This document shows positions 38,346 through 48,197 of a stretch of 64,000 nt of DNA, one piece after another; position 1 is the stretch's first letter; each line of letters starts with the position of its first letter. The notes below the pieces were generated by a model. It had not been told where the DNA came from. It did no database searches and was given only the letters and a program-made list of their open reading frames with translations. The stretch comes from a virus. The DNA is taken from the IMG/VR virus record IMGVR_UViG_3300027782_004732, positions 6,602-70,601 of that record. One strand, written 5' to 3'. Position numbers and translations under genes: made by a program.

Positions 38346-39878
38346 TTATTGTATATTATACATTAGAGAATCAATTGGAAAAATAAAATTACCTTTAACA
38401 ATTTTAGGTTTCTTGTTAAATATTAAAACGTTTTTACCTTTTTGAAAAATCATTAAGTCTGTGTTATAAATCTTAACACTTGCGGTACCTTCTAAAGTAA
38501 TCCCATCTTCACCCATAATCATATGTCTAAATGGTTTAATTTGGCCAGTTAAAACTTCACCATCTCTTGTAATCTCTAAATCAATACCTTGTATTGCATC
38601 TCTTTTACTTCCTAATTCACCAACAACTTCAACTTTAACATCTTTACCAAAATGTCTTTTAAGGATTGACGCGGTAATTTCTTCTCGTTTTGAGCCAGCT
38701 TTATCTTTATCTGTTAAAGTTCTTAATAGATTATGAAGAGTTGTGCTATCTTTATCAAAGATTCTATATTTGAAGTGGTCAATCGCTTTAATAAACCTTT
38801 CAACCTCCCTCTTTTGTTCTAATGGTTTTTTGTCCATAAAACTAATTGGTTTTTTATTTGGGATTTTTGAAATGACTTGGTTTAAATCTTTTAATAAAAT
38901 ACAAAAAGCTGTGTAGTTTGTGTTTAACTTATTTATAACAGACCTACCAGGACCTTCAAGGTCATAAACACCAGGTAATTGGTCGTTTTCAGGTTTTAAT
39001 ATATAATTTTCAGGAAAAACTTCTTTCATGATTTTATTAATACCATTCATATAAGTCCATTTAATATCTGAATTTACATTGAACAACATTCTATAAAATT
39101 CGTTCTCTGATTGAGAACACATTTCAGATTTACCTTCACTCAAAACTTGTTTCATTTTGGTTGACTCGGTTAGTTTGGTTTCAACTTTCATTTCATACAT
39201 CTTGGTAACAAAGTCCCAATTAACTACTTTCCAAAAGTTTGTGATGTATTCATCTCTTTTGTTTCTGTATTTCAAATAGTAAGCATGTTCCCATAAGTCC
39301 AGCCCTAATAAAGGGAATCCCCCACCTTCAATCACATTCATTAATGGATTGTCTTGGTTTGGAGTTGACATAATTTTTAACGTATTATTTGAGGTTAGAA
39401 TTAACCATACCCAACCTGAACCAAAACGGTCTTTGGCTTGTTTTTCAAATTCTTTTTTGAAGTTGGTGAATGTCCCCCATTGTTTGGTTATCTTTTTATA
39501 AAGTTCGCCATCCAATTTTTTAGGTTCAGGAGTTAACATGTTCCAAAACAATGCGTGGTTAAATGCTCCACCTGCGTTGTTTCTTATTGTCTTATCAAAA
39601 CGACTGATGGTCTTGATAATTTTTTCTAAATCTAAATCTCCGTATTTCTTTTTAGCTAATGCGTCGTTTAGTTTATCCACGTACCCTTTATAATGTTTAT
39701 TATAATGAAAGTTCATTGTCTCTGGGTCAATAAACTGTTTGAGGGCTGTATAGGAGTAAGGTAACTTTTCTATTCCTATTTTTTTCATTTCGGTAATCAA
39801 CAACTCTTTTTCTTGGTTAACGTGGTTCTCAAGTATTTGTTTTTCTAGTTGTTGGATTTTCTCTTGTGTTTTTTTCAT
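38346..39878 (-). CDS. sodA: Mn/Fe superoxide dismutase fused to ~270 aa C-terminal domain
   Basis: LPYSY, HYNKHY, GGAFNH, FGSGW, NQDNP, DLWEHAYY; C-terminal GIDL..QIKP. Confidence 0.88.
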   Translation of the reverse strand: MKKTQEKIQQLEKQILENHVNQEKELLITEMKKIGIEKLPYSYTALKQFIDPETMNFHYNKHYKGYVDKLNDALAKKKYGDLDLEKIIKTISRFDKTIRNNAGGAFNHALFWNMLTPEPKKLDGELYKKITKQWGTFTNFKKEFEKQAKDRFGSGWVWLILTSNNTLKIMSTPNQDNPLMNVIEGGGFPLLGLDLWEHAYYLKYRNKRDEYITNFWKVVNWDFVTKMYEMKVETKLTESTKMKQVLSEGKSEMCSQSENEFYRMLFNVNSDIKWTYMNGINKIMKEVFPENYILKPENDQLPGVYDLEGPGRSVINKLNTNYTAFCILLKDLNQVISKIPNKKPISFMDKKPLEQKREVERFIKAIDHFKYRIFDKDSTTLHNLLRTLTDKDKAGSKREEITASILKRHFGKDVKVEVVGELGSKRDAIQGIDLEITRDGEVLTGQIKPFRHMIMGEDGITLEGTASVKIYNTDLMIFQKGKNVLIFNKKPKIVKGNFIFPIDSLMYNIQ

Positions 39879-39900
39879 AATTTTGGATTATCCGTTATAT

Positions 39901-39907
39901 ATAAATA
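39901..39907 (-). promoter_or_regulatory. TATTTAT motif
   Basis: 22 nt before SOD start. Confidence 0.55.
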
Positions 39908-39919
39908 ATCCGTAGTTGC

Positions 39920-41671
39920 CTAATTTCGCAGATTATTAATTCTTTGTAGAATTTCTTCTGCTGCGTCGGCGGGGTGTTGGTCATCTCCCATTACTGTTGC
40001 GATGACTTGTTTTTTGTTGTTTAGGATATCGTAGATGATTCCTTCTATTGTGTTTTCAAAGATTGGGTAATAAACCAAAACATTATTCTTTTGTCCGTAA
40101 CGATAAGCTCGGTCTTCTGATTGGGCGTGGTCTGAAGGTAAAAACGATAGGTCATTCATAATAACCGCTTCAGCGGCTGTTAATGTAATACCAACACCTG
40201 CGGCTTTAATATTACCCACAAAAACTTTAACTTTTGGATTGTCTTGAAATTGGTCAACCGAATGTTGTCGTTCAGGTTTTGACATTGAGCCGTCAAGTTT
40301 AACCGCGGCTTTTCCAAAATGTTCGGTAATCTTATTTAAAGAATCGGTAAAGTTACAGAATATAATAACCTTCTTGTCTTGTTCTAAAATGTTTTCAGCA
40401 AGTTCAATTGTTTGAGCAATTTTTTCGTCAGCAATAATTTGTCTAACCTTTGTCAGTTTTGAGAATTGAACCGTAAGTGATTTTGATTCTTCAGGATTCT
40501 TATCATACCAATCATAATATTCCCCCATCACTTCTTCGTATTGTTTAGATTTTAATCTAAGGTATACTGGTGTAATAATTTTGTCAGGTAGGTCAAGAAC
40601 ATTCTCTTTTAATCTTCTTAAAGTTAATCCTAATGTTCGGTCTCTTAACTCTTCCAAGTTTGATGCTCCCGTTACATTCCAAACTTTTCTTCCACCAACA
40701 TTAAATTGATAACCTTGACAATATCTGATTGCATATGCCATCCAATTCTTTGCCACAGGTGAATCAATTAAACTTAATAAGTTGAAATAATCTATTGGTC
40801 GTGATGTCATTGGGGTTCCCGTCAATAACCAAAGTCTGTCAGTTTTTTTAACAATGTCGTTGATTAATTTTGTCCTTTGCGCTGTAGCATTTTTAATATA
40901 GTGTGCTTCATCAACAATGACCAAATCAAAATTGGAAGCAAGAATTTGCGACTCATCTTTCTTCTTAGTGTCATGGAAATTTTTAATAATATCGTAGTTT
41001 ATGATAACAAAATCCGCTTCAGTACTAAAGTTTTTACTTTCGGCAATGAACACAGTTTTATCTGAATAGTTTTCAATTTCACGTTTCCAGTTAATTTTTA
41101 AAGTTGCTGGACAAATAATCAAAGCCTTTTTGGAACCCGCCTCTAATGCGGCAATAATCGTTGAAGTTGTTTTACCAAGACCCATATCATCTGCCAAGAT
41201 AAACTTTTTATTTTCAACTAATTTTTGGATTGCTTCTTTTTGGTGTTCAAGTGGTGGACGATGAGAATATTTTGAATAATCAATTACAACATCTTTAACA
41301 GAATTGTCTTTTATGATTGCGGCTTTTGGTAACCAAAAATCGTGAAGTTCTTCACTATCAAAAACTTTACCCCAAATGTGGTATGCCTTTTCTTTATCCG
41401 CCAATAACTTTTCAACCCAAACTTTTTGTGGGATTTCTGTGTATAATTTGTCGTCCGCCAATTTCTGAGCAAAATAGGCATCAAGAATCACCCACTTCTT
41501 AGCAACTTTTGGTTGCTTATCGTGGAACGATATAATGTATTCCGATTGACTCCTTGTTGGGTAGAATTTCTTGTTAATTTTAGATTTACGTTTCAATTCC
41601 AAAAGGTAGTTATTACCACCTTCATAACCCTCAAGAATAGTCATCGCTTTTGACTCCAAACTTATTTCCAT
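39920..41671 (-). CDS. SNF2-family (SMARCAL1/HARP-like) helicase
   Basis: LADDMGLGKT, DEAHYIKN, LTGTP, GVGITLT, QSEDRAYRYGQ. Confidence 0.92.
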   Translation of the reverse strand: MEISLESKAMTILEGYEGGNNYLLELKRKSKINKKFYPTRSQSEYIISFHDKQPKVAKKWVILDAYFAQKLADDKLYTEIPQKVWVEKLLADKEKAYHIWGKVFDSEELHDFWLPKAAIIKDNSVKDVVIDYSKYSHRPPLEHQKEAIQKLVENKKFILADDMGLGKTTSTIIAALEAGSKKALIICPATLKINWKREIENYSDKTVFIAESKNFSTEADFVIINYDIIKNFHDTKKKDESQILASNFDLVIVDEAHYIKNATAQRTKLINDIVKKTDRLWLLTGTPMTSRPIDYFNLLSLIDSPVAKNWMAYAIRYCQGYQFNVGGRKVWNVTGASNLEELRDRTLGLTLRRLKENVLDLPDKIITPVYLRLKSKQYEEVMGEYYDWYDKNPEESKSLTVQFSKLTKVRQIIADEKIAQTIELAENILEQDKKVIIFCNFTDSLNKITEHFGKAAVKLDGSMSKPERQHSVDQFQDNPKVKVFVGNIKAAGVGITLTAAEAVIMNDLSFLPSDHAQSEDRAYRYGQKNNVLVYYPIFENTIEGIIYDILNNKKQVIATVMGDDQHPADAAEEILQRINNLRN

Positions 41672-41714
41672 TCTTTTTAATAAAAGTTTGTATTAAATAT
41701 AGTTAAAGTTTGAG

Positions 41715-41721
41715 TATTTAT
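41715..41721 (+). promoter_or_regulatory. TATTTAT motif
   Basis: 6 nt before ATG 41728. Confidence 0.6.
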
Positions 41722-41727
41722 CAATAT

Positions 41728-42240
41728 ATGCAGAAATTAGTTCCAATTACAAGATTAGGTAAGTTTTTTGGCGGAGAAGATTACGCCTTAGATACTGGTA
41801 TGGGTCAAGAGTGGTTAGAAGGAGATATTAACTTCACTGTTGTATTATATCGTATTGACCGATATAAAACAAAAACTGATAGTGTGTATGGTGAAGTTTT
41901 AGAAGATGGGGTACAATTCTTGGCACCTGTTGAATTAAAAGGGTTAGTTCAAGTTATGGCTCCTACCAATAAATTTTTGGGTAGTTCTAAAGTTGAACAA
42001 CAAGAACCAGGTAATATGAAATTTTCACTTTATCAAAAACAACTTGAGGACTTGGGAGTTGAAATATTTATGGGAGACTATATTGGTTATTATGAAACTG
42101 AAGACCGAGTTAGATATTATTCAGTTAGTGATGATGGATATGTAAGGTCTGACAATAAACACACATATGCAGGATACAAACCGTTCTATAGAACAATTGT
42201 TGCAACATATGTAAGTGAAAACGAATTTAGAGGAATTTAA
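41728..42240 (+). CDS. Head completion/neck protein (gp14-like)
   Basis: VVLYRID..KT..VYGE....F..PVEL, GDYI; ATG at 41728 preferred over TTG 41710. Confidence 0.6.
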   Translation: MQKLVPITRLGKFFGGEDYALDTGMGQEWLEGDINFTVVLYRIDRYKTKTDSVYGEVLEDGVQFLAPVELKGLVQVMAPTNKFLGSSKVEQQEPGNMKFSLYQKQLEDLGVEIFMGDYIGYYETEDRVRYYSVSDDGYVRSDNKHTYAGYKPFYRTIVATYVSENEFRGI

Positions 42241-42650
42241 TGAAAGTCGTAATAACAGAATCTCAGTTTGATTCTTTATTTATAGGTAAGAAAGTTATGG
42301 TGTATTATAATTTACACAAACATACTTTTTCTGTTACATATGATAATAAAGTAATTATGCATGCAGATTATGTTAAATTGGGTGACGTTGAGTTTAGAGT
42401 TAGAAAAGGTGGTAAAGAGAGAGTTCGTTCTGAAAAATCAAAAAACGTTCACGCATTTGTGATTGGAAAATTATTAGACTATTGTGAATACCCTTGTGAC
42501 AATATACCATCACCTTCTTCAAATAAAGTTGTGACTTACAACCCATATAAATACGACACGTTTGTATTTAAAAATACGGAAGAGCCTGTTTATCATGCAC
42601 AAGAAGTTGATATGATAAACTCAAAAGATAAACTATTTGTTGTAAAATAA
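42240..42650 (+). CDS. Conserved phage hypothetical protein
   Basis: VYYNLHK..FSV, FRV..GGKERV..EK.KNVHAFVIG, VTYNPYK; MKVVITESQ leader. Confidence 0.7.
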   Translation: MKVVITESQFDSLFIGKKVMVYYNLHKHTFSVTYDNKVIMHADYVKLGDVEFRVRKGGKERVRSEKSKNVHAFVIGKLLDYCEYPCDNIPSPSSNKVVTYNPYKYDTFVFKNTEEPVYHAQEVDMINSKDKLFVVK

Positions 42651-42654
42651 AATA

Positions 42655-43698
42655 ATGCCACTACCAAGAACCATAGTTAAACCAACATTGCCGTTAGTTC
42701 CAAAAAAAGAATTATCTGCTCGTAGAGAACAACTATTAGAGTATATTAAAAAAGATGGAACTTATTTACCAAAATCAGTATTACATGCCGATTTGGATAG
42801 GGGTATGTTGGATTTTGTTAAAACCGAATTAGAGGTTGTAACTGCAGGTAAAATTGTACCAATGTTGGATATTATTATTACAACACAAAACTGGTCACAG
42901 TATTTAGAAACGTGGAAGTTTGTTGATTTAGATTATAATCCCGCACCACCATTCATTACAGTTGTTAGAGCTCCAGAGGTTAAATACGGTTCAAATCCTG
43001 CGTTAGTTTATAATATACCAAATAGAAAACAATTCTATTATGCTTCCGTTCCAACTTGGAATGGTAATGAACAAGGTATGGACATTTATACAATTCCACA
43101 ACCTGTTCCTGTTGATATCAAATATAGTGTTAAAATCATTTGTAATAGAATGAGAGAACTTAATCAGTTGAATAAGATTGTTATGCAAACATTTGCATCA
43201 AGACAAGCCTATACTTTTATTAAAGGTCAATATGTTCCAATTATTTTAGATAACGTTTCAGATGAATCTCAAATGACAATGGATGCAAGAAAATACTACG
43301 TTCAAAATTATGATTTTACAATGTTGGGTTATCTAATAGATGAGGATGAATTTGAAGTTAAACCCGCAATTCAAAGAATTACACAATTAATTGAAATAGA
43401 CACTACGACAAGAAGACAAAAAATTGACAAGTATCCAAAAAATCCTGACGAGTTTCCTTCTGATTTTCTTTTTGTTTCGGGTAACACCACTTTAGTTGAC
43501 ATGATTGACTTTACTGCAAACATGTCGTTGGTGGGTACCGATAATATTGACACTTATGATGTTTATATTAATGACGATTATTATGGTAGTGATGTTTCGT
43601 TAATTCAAATTACAACAAATGATATTCTAAGAATAGAAGTTACAAAAAATGATAACACTCAAGAATCAAAAATAACCTTTAATAATAAGTTGGTTTAA
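42655..43698 (+). CDS. Tail terminator/tail completion protein (gp15-like)
   Basis: Position before sheath; PQPVPVDIKYSVKI..MRELNQL, FTMLGYLI. Confidence 0.6.
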   Translation: MPLPRTIVKPTLPLVPKKELSARREQLLEYIKKDGTYLPKSVLHADLDRGMLDFVKTELEVVTAGKIVPMLDIIITTQNWSQYLETWKFVDLDYNPAPPFITVVRAPEVKYGSNPALVYNIPNRKQFYYASVPTWNGNEQGMDIYTIPQPVPVDIKYSVKIICNRMRELNQLNKIVMQTFASRQAYTFIKGQYVPIILDNVSDESQMTMDARKYYVQNYDFTMLGYLIDEDEFEVKPAIQRITQLIEIDTTTRRQKIDKYPKNPDEFPSDFLFVSGNTTLVDMIDFTANMSLVGTDNIDTYDVYINDDYYGSDVSLIQITTNDILRIEVTKNDNTQESKITFNNKLV

Positions 43699-43856
43699 TC
43701 TTCCCCGTAGATATCTTTTTTTTCTTTACACTTTTCAATAATTAAATTTTCTAAAAACTTATAAATCTTTATCCCACGTTTATCACAGTACTTTTTTAGG
43801 ATATCGTGTGATTCAGGGGATATTTTTATGTTCTTTATTTCTTTCTTTACTTTCAT
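43695..43856 (-). CDS. Small ribbon-helix-helix-like DNA-binding protein (53 aa)
   Basis: Not in track. MKVKKEIKNIKISPESHDILKKYCDKRGIKIYKFLENLIIEKCKEKKDIYGED; own TATTTAT at 43892-43898. Confidence 0.7.
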   Translation of the reverse strand: MKVKKEIKNIKISPESHDILKKYCDKRGIKIYKFLENLIIEKCKEKKDIYGED

Positions 43857-43891
43857 GGTGTGAAAAAAGGCAGAATTAATTCCTACCGTTT

Positions 43892-43942
43892 ATAAATACT
43901 TACCCAAAAGTAAAGTTTTTTCATATAATAATGAATATTTAT
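43892..43942. promoter_or_regulatory. Divergent pair of TATTTAT motifs
   Basis: ATAAATA 43892-43898 (minus) and TATTTAT 43936-43942 (plus, sheath). Confidence 0.65.
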
Positions 43943-43976
43943 CTATAAAATAAATCTGTAACAGAATAATTTAATA

Positions 43977-46900
43977 ATGGCAACAGCACAAGCAAATCAA
44001 AAAGTATTCGTATCACCAGGCGTATACACATCTGAAACCGACTTATCATTCGTAGCCCAAAGTGTGGGAGTAACGACTTTAGGTCTTGTTGGAGAAACTA
44101 TAAAAGGTCCAGCATTCGAACCAGTATTCATAACTAACTATGATGAGTTCCAAGCTTATTTCGGGGGAACAGAACCCGTTAAGTTTTACAACACTCAAAT
44201 ACCTAAGTATGAGGCTGCATATATCGCTAAATCATATTTACAACAATCTAACCAATTGTTTGTTACCAGAGTTTTAGGTTTATCAGGTTATGACGCAGGT
44301 CCATCTTGGACTATTAACGTTACTGCCAATGTAGACCCAACAACTATTGGTAACCCATCTGTTGGTGTTGCGTTTAGTGCAAACTTCACAGGAAGTTCAT
44401 CAGGTAATACAATTACTTTTGTTGGTGGTTCTTTACCTACTGAAGTTAGTGCTAATTTAAATGTACAATATAGATTACAAGACGGTTCAACATCAACATT
44501 ACAAGACGACTTTAACACTTATTTAGATGCTATTATGGACACACCATCTACATCTGCAACAACTGCAGTTATATATGGTTCAATTCCTGAAGTAGATTAT
44601 CAAAACTTAAGTGATGTTTATACAAATGATTATAGTCCTTATGGTTGTGAAAATAATTTTTCTCAAAATGATTTAAGTGCTGGTTCAAACGATAGTTGGT
44701 ATTATGCTAATTTTGAATTTGAAAATTATGATTCTACAACAAACAATTATACAGGTTATTCATTCTACTATACAGTATCTAATTTAGTGTCTGGTGCTTC
44801 AAGTACATTCACAGGTACTATTACAGGTTATTCGTATACTTTTACAGGTACAGCATATTCTGAATTTAATAACATGGTTATTGCTACTGTTCGTTCAAGA
44901 GGTGTTTCTCAATATGAAAATAGTAGTTCAAGTATTAATCACGGACCTGTTTATCAAGTTGGTGTTGACTATGACAATAATAATACTTGGGTACCAAACA
45001 ATTTAAAAATGGTAACAACTGGTCAATATTCAGGAATAACTAAATCACCATATGCACAATTTGCTTTATCAGGTTTAACTAAAGAAGGAACTGTTTTTGA
45101 ATTAGTATCATCTTTACTAGCGTCTGACGCAAAATATATCACTAAGGTTTTAGGTGTTGACAATTTTGGTAAATCAAGATTTGATGTTCCAATTTATGTT
45201 GAGGAAGCTTATCAAGCGTCTTTAAATTATGCTTATAATCAAGGTTATATTCGTGGATTAAATCCTGAATTAATCGCTTTACCTGATGCTAGAAGTGAAA
45301 ATAGTTTATCAATTGCATATAACTTAGAAAAATACCAATCACCTGAAACACCTTATTTAGTTTCAGAATTAAGAGGTAATAAAGTTTATAACTTATTTAA
45401 ATTCATATCAATTTCTGATGGTGATGCTGCAAACACTGAAATTAAAGTTTCAATTGCTAACTTATCATATAATAATATGTCTTTTGATGTATTAATTAGA
45501 AATTTCTTTGACACAGATGCAAATCCTGTTGTTATTGAAAAATTCACAAATTGTAACATGGACCCAGGTTCAAATAACTTTGTGGCTAAAAAGATTGGTT
45601 CTGCTAATGGAGAGTTCGCATTAATATCAAGATACGTTATGATTCAATTAGCTGACGAATATCCAATTGATGCGTTACCTTGTGGTTTTTATGGTTATAC
45701 CCAAAGAGAATATGAAGACTATAACATTTATCCTTCACCATATCCTAAATATAAAACAAAATACTATTACCCTGGTGAAGTTGTTGCTAACCCACCATTT
45801 GGTTCAAGAGCAGGTGGAGGAACAGTTGAATCAGCAGGTGACATAGTTAGAAGAACTTATTTAGGTTTTTCAAGTCAATTTGGTATTGACGAATCTTTCT
45901 TAACTTATAAAGGTAAACAAACACCATCAAATTGGATTTCAAACCCATTGGCTGAAGGTCAACCTTGGAATGTGATAAGTAAAGGTTTCCACATGGACTC
46001 AGGTGCTACAGTTGTAACAATCGGTATTACATCAATGTCAAGTGGTGAAACTGCATTTGAATGTGGTGTTGCAGAATTTAGAGCTGACCCAGCAACTCAA
46101 GAAAATCCATACTATTTTATCTACTCAAGAAAATACACAGTATGTTTCGCAGGTGGATTTGACGGATGGGATATTTACAGAGAGTGGAGAACTAACCAAG
46201 ATAGATTCCAATTGGGTTCATCAGGTTACTTAGCAGGAGCATCCGCATCTTCAAGATACCCAACAGCGACAGGTGACGGTCTATTCAAAAGAATTGTGGT
46301 TCAAAACAATACACAAGATTTTGCTAACACTGACTACTACGCTTACTTACTTGGTATCTTAACATTTGCAAATCCTGAAGCTACAAACATTAACGTTTTT
46401 GCAACTTCAAGTATTGATTATGTTAACAACTCAAACTTAGTAGAAGAAGCAATAGATATGATACAATATTCAAGAGCTGACTCGGTTTACATCGCAACAA
46501 CTCCTGACTACAACATGTATACTCCTGATTCAACTAACCCACAAGATATCATTTACTCACAAGAGGCTGTTGATAACTTAGATAACACAGGAATTGACTC
46601 TAACTATACTGCAACTTACTATCCTTGGATTTTAACAAGAGATACAGTAAACAATACTCAAATTTACTTACCACCAACAGGTGAGGTTTGTAGAAACTTA
46701 GCATTGACTGATAACATTTCATTCCCTTGGTTCGCATCAGCGGGTTACACAAGAGGTCTTGTAAACTCAATCAAAGCTAGACAAAAACTTACACAAACTG
46801 ACAGAGATACATTGTATCAAGGTAGAATTAACCCTATCGCAACTTTCTCTGATGTTGGAACTGTAATTTGGGGTAACAAAACATTACAAGTTGCTGACAC

Positions 46901-47219
46901 AGCACTTAACAGATTGAACGTAAGAAGATTATTACTTCAAGCTCGTAAGTTGATTTCAGCAGTAGCAATAAGATTATTGTTTGAGCAAAACGACCAAATC
47001 GTTAGACAACAATTCTTGGATAGTGTTAACCCTATCTTAGACTCAATTAGAAGAGATAGAGGTTTATACGATTTCCGTGTAACCGTATCTTCAACACCTG
47101 AAGATTTAGATGCTAACAGACTTGTAGGTAAAATCTACTTAAAACCAACGAAAGCATTGGAGTTCATTGATATTGAATTCTTTATCACTCCAACAGGTGC
47201 TTCGTTTGAAAATATCTAA
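43977..47219 (+). CDS. Contractile tail sheath protein
   Basis: FVSPGVYTSETD, GETIKGP, PWFASAGYTRG, LYQGRINPI, WGNKTL, RLNVRRLL, FEQND, PTKALEFI. Confidence 0.96.
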   Translation: MATAQANQKVFVSPGVYTSETDLSFVAQSVGVTTLGLVGETIKGPAFEPVFITNYDEFQAYFGGTEPVKFYNTQIPKYEAAYIAKSYLQQSNQLFVTRVLGLSGYDAGPSWTINVTANVDPTTIGNPSVGVAFSANFTGSSSGNTITFVGGSLPTEVSANLNVQYRLQDGSTSTLQDDFNTYLDAIMDTPSTSATTAVIYGSIPEVDYQNLSDVYTNDYSPYGCENNFSQNDLSAGSNDSWYYANFEFENYDSTTNNYTGYSFYYTVSNLVSGASSTFTGTITGYSYTFTGTAYSEFNNMVIATVRSRGVSQYENSSSSINHGPVYQVGVDYDNNNTWVPNNLKMVTTGQYSGITKSPYAQFALSGLTKEGTVFELVSSLLASDAKYITKVLGVDNFGKSRFDVPIYVEEAYQASLNYAYNQGYIRGLNPELIALPDARSENSLSIAYNLEKYQSPETPYLVSELRGNKVYNLFKFISISDGDAANTEIKVSIANLSYNNMSFDVLIRNFFDTDANPVVIEKFTNCNMDPGSNNFVAKKIGSANGEFALISRYVMIQLADEYPIDALPCGFYGYTQREYEDYNIYPSPYPKYKTKYYYPGEVVANPPFGSRAGGGTVESAGDIVRRTYLGFSSQFGIDESFLTYKGKQTPSNWISNPLAEGQPWNVISKGFHMDSGATVVTIGITSMSSGETAFECGVAEFRADPATQENPYYFIYSRKYTVCFAGGFDGWDIYREWRTNQDRFQLGSSGYLAGASASSRYPTATGDGLFKRIVVQNNTQDFANTDYYAYLLGILTFANPEATNINVFATSSIDYVNNSNLVEEAIDMIQYSRADSVYIATTPDYNMYTPDSTNPQDIIYSQEAVDNLDNTGIDSNYTATYYPWILTRDTVNNTQIYLPPTGEVCRNLALTDNISFPWFASAGYTRGLVNSIKARQKLTQTDRDTLYQGRINPIATFSDVGTVIWGNKTLQVADTALNRLNVRRLLLQARKLISAVAIRLLFEQNDQIVRQQFLDSVNPILDSIRRDRGLYDFRVTVSSTPEDLDANRLVGKIYLKPTKALEFIDIEFFITPTGASFENI

Positions 47220-47230
47220 TAAAAATTTAT

Positions 47231-47251
47231 GGGGGTACATAAAGTACCCCC
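47231..47251 (+). terminator. GC-rich hairpin after sheath gene
   Basis: gggggtac-ataaa-gtaccccc; no clear T tract on plus strand. Confidence 0.55.
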
Positions 47252-47264
47252 TAATTGCCAAAGT

Positions 47265-48098
47265 ATGAGAAAACAAATTAAAGAAGGTTTCAAAGGTGAG
47301 GGTATTGGTACTCCAGATATGAAATATTATGCGTTTGATTGGGATGACAACATTGTTCATATGCCAACAAAGATAATGTTAAAGACTGAAGACGGTGATG
47401 AAATTGGTATGAGTACTGATGATTTTGCGGAATACAGACACGATTTGGGTAAAAAACCTTTTAAATATAAAGGTGAAACTGTTGTTGATTTAGCCGATGA
47501 TGCGTTTAGGAATTTTAGAACTGCGGGAGATAAAGATTTTTTAATTGATGCGATGAGAGCTAAAGAAGGTCCTGCGTTTGGGGATTTTAGAGAAGCAATC
47601 AATAACGGTTCAATATTTTCAATTGTAACTGCAAGAGGTCATAACCCTGAAACATTAAAACAAGCCGTTTACAATTACATTGTTAGTGGGTATAATGGGA
47701 TAGATAAAGACCAACTAATTAAAAACCTTAAAAAATATAGGACGTTTGTCGGTGAAGAAGATATGAGTGATGACGATTTAATTAAATCATATTTAGAACT
47801 CAACAGATACCACCCAGTTACATTTGGAGAAGGAAGTGCTGCCAATCCTGAAGAATTAAAAGTTAAAGCGATGGATGAGTTTGTTTCCTATATAAAAGGA
47901 ATTGCTGGTATACTTAATAAAAAAGCATATATAAAAAATGATATATCTAATAACTTTATACCAGAACAACCTAGTATTGGATTTTCAGATGATGATATAA
48001 GAAATGTAGAAGTAATGAGTAAACATTTTAAAGATAAACCAGATAATATAGTTAAGACTTATTCTACTGCTGGAGGCATTAAAAAGGAATATAAATAA
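47265..48098 (+). CDS. HAD-superfamily phosphatase-like protein
   Basis: AFDWDDNI, VTARGH, K, GFSDDD..N; start moved past hairpin to 47265. Confidence 0.7.
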   Translation: MRKQIKEGFKGEGIGTPDMKYYAFDWDDNIVHMPTKIMLKTEDGDEIGMSTDDFAEYRHDLGKKPFKYKGETVVDLADDAFRNFRTAGDKDFLIDAMRAKEGPAFGDFREAINNGSIFSIVTARGHNPETLKQAVYNYIVSGYNGIDKDQLIKNLKKYRTFVGEEDMSDDDLIKSYLELNRYHPVTFGEGSAANPEELKVKAMDEFVSYIKGIAGILNKKAYIKNDISNNFIPEQPSIGFSDDDIRNVEVMSKHFKDKPDNIVKTYSTAGGIKKEYK

Positions 48099-48150
48099 AG
48101 AATAATCTCACCAAATTAAAAGTAAAGAGAAAAATTTTTTAACAAGACTA

Positions 48151-48157
48151 TATTTAT
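48151..48157 (+). promoter_or_regulatory. TATTTAT motif
   Basis: Upstream of tube gene. Confidence 0.6.
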
Positions 48158-48197
48158 AGATATAAACAACAAAGAAACTAAAAAAAATTAAAATAAC

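Noticed and set aside
39885-39911. ggattat...ataatcc inverted repeat around SOD promoter motif
   Set aside because: Only 7 bp arms in AT-rich DNA and no second copy found; not distinguishable from chance
34154-41671. Inteins or introns in polymerase/helicase
   Set aside because: Motifs are normally spaced, no intein splice junctions or homing endonuclease motifs seen
47229-47264. N-terminal MGVHKVPPNCQS of the track ORF
   Set aside because: Overlaps the GC hairpin; downstream ATG 47265 is the more plausible start
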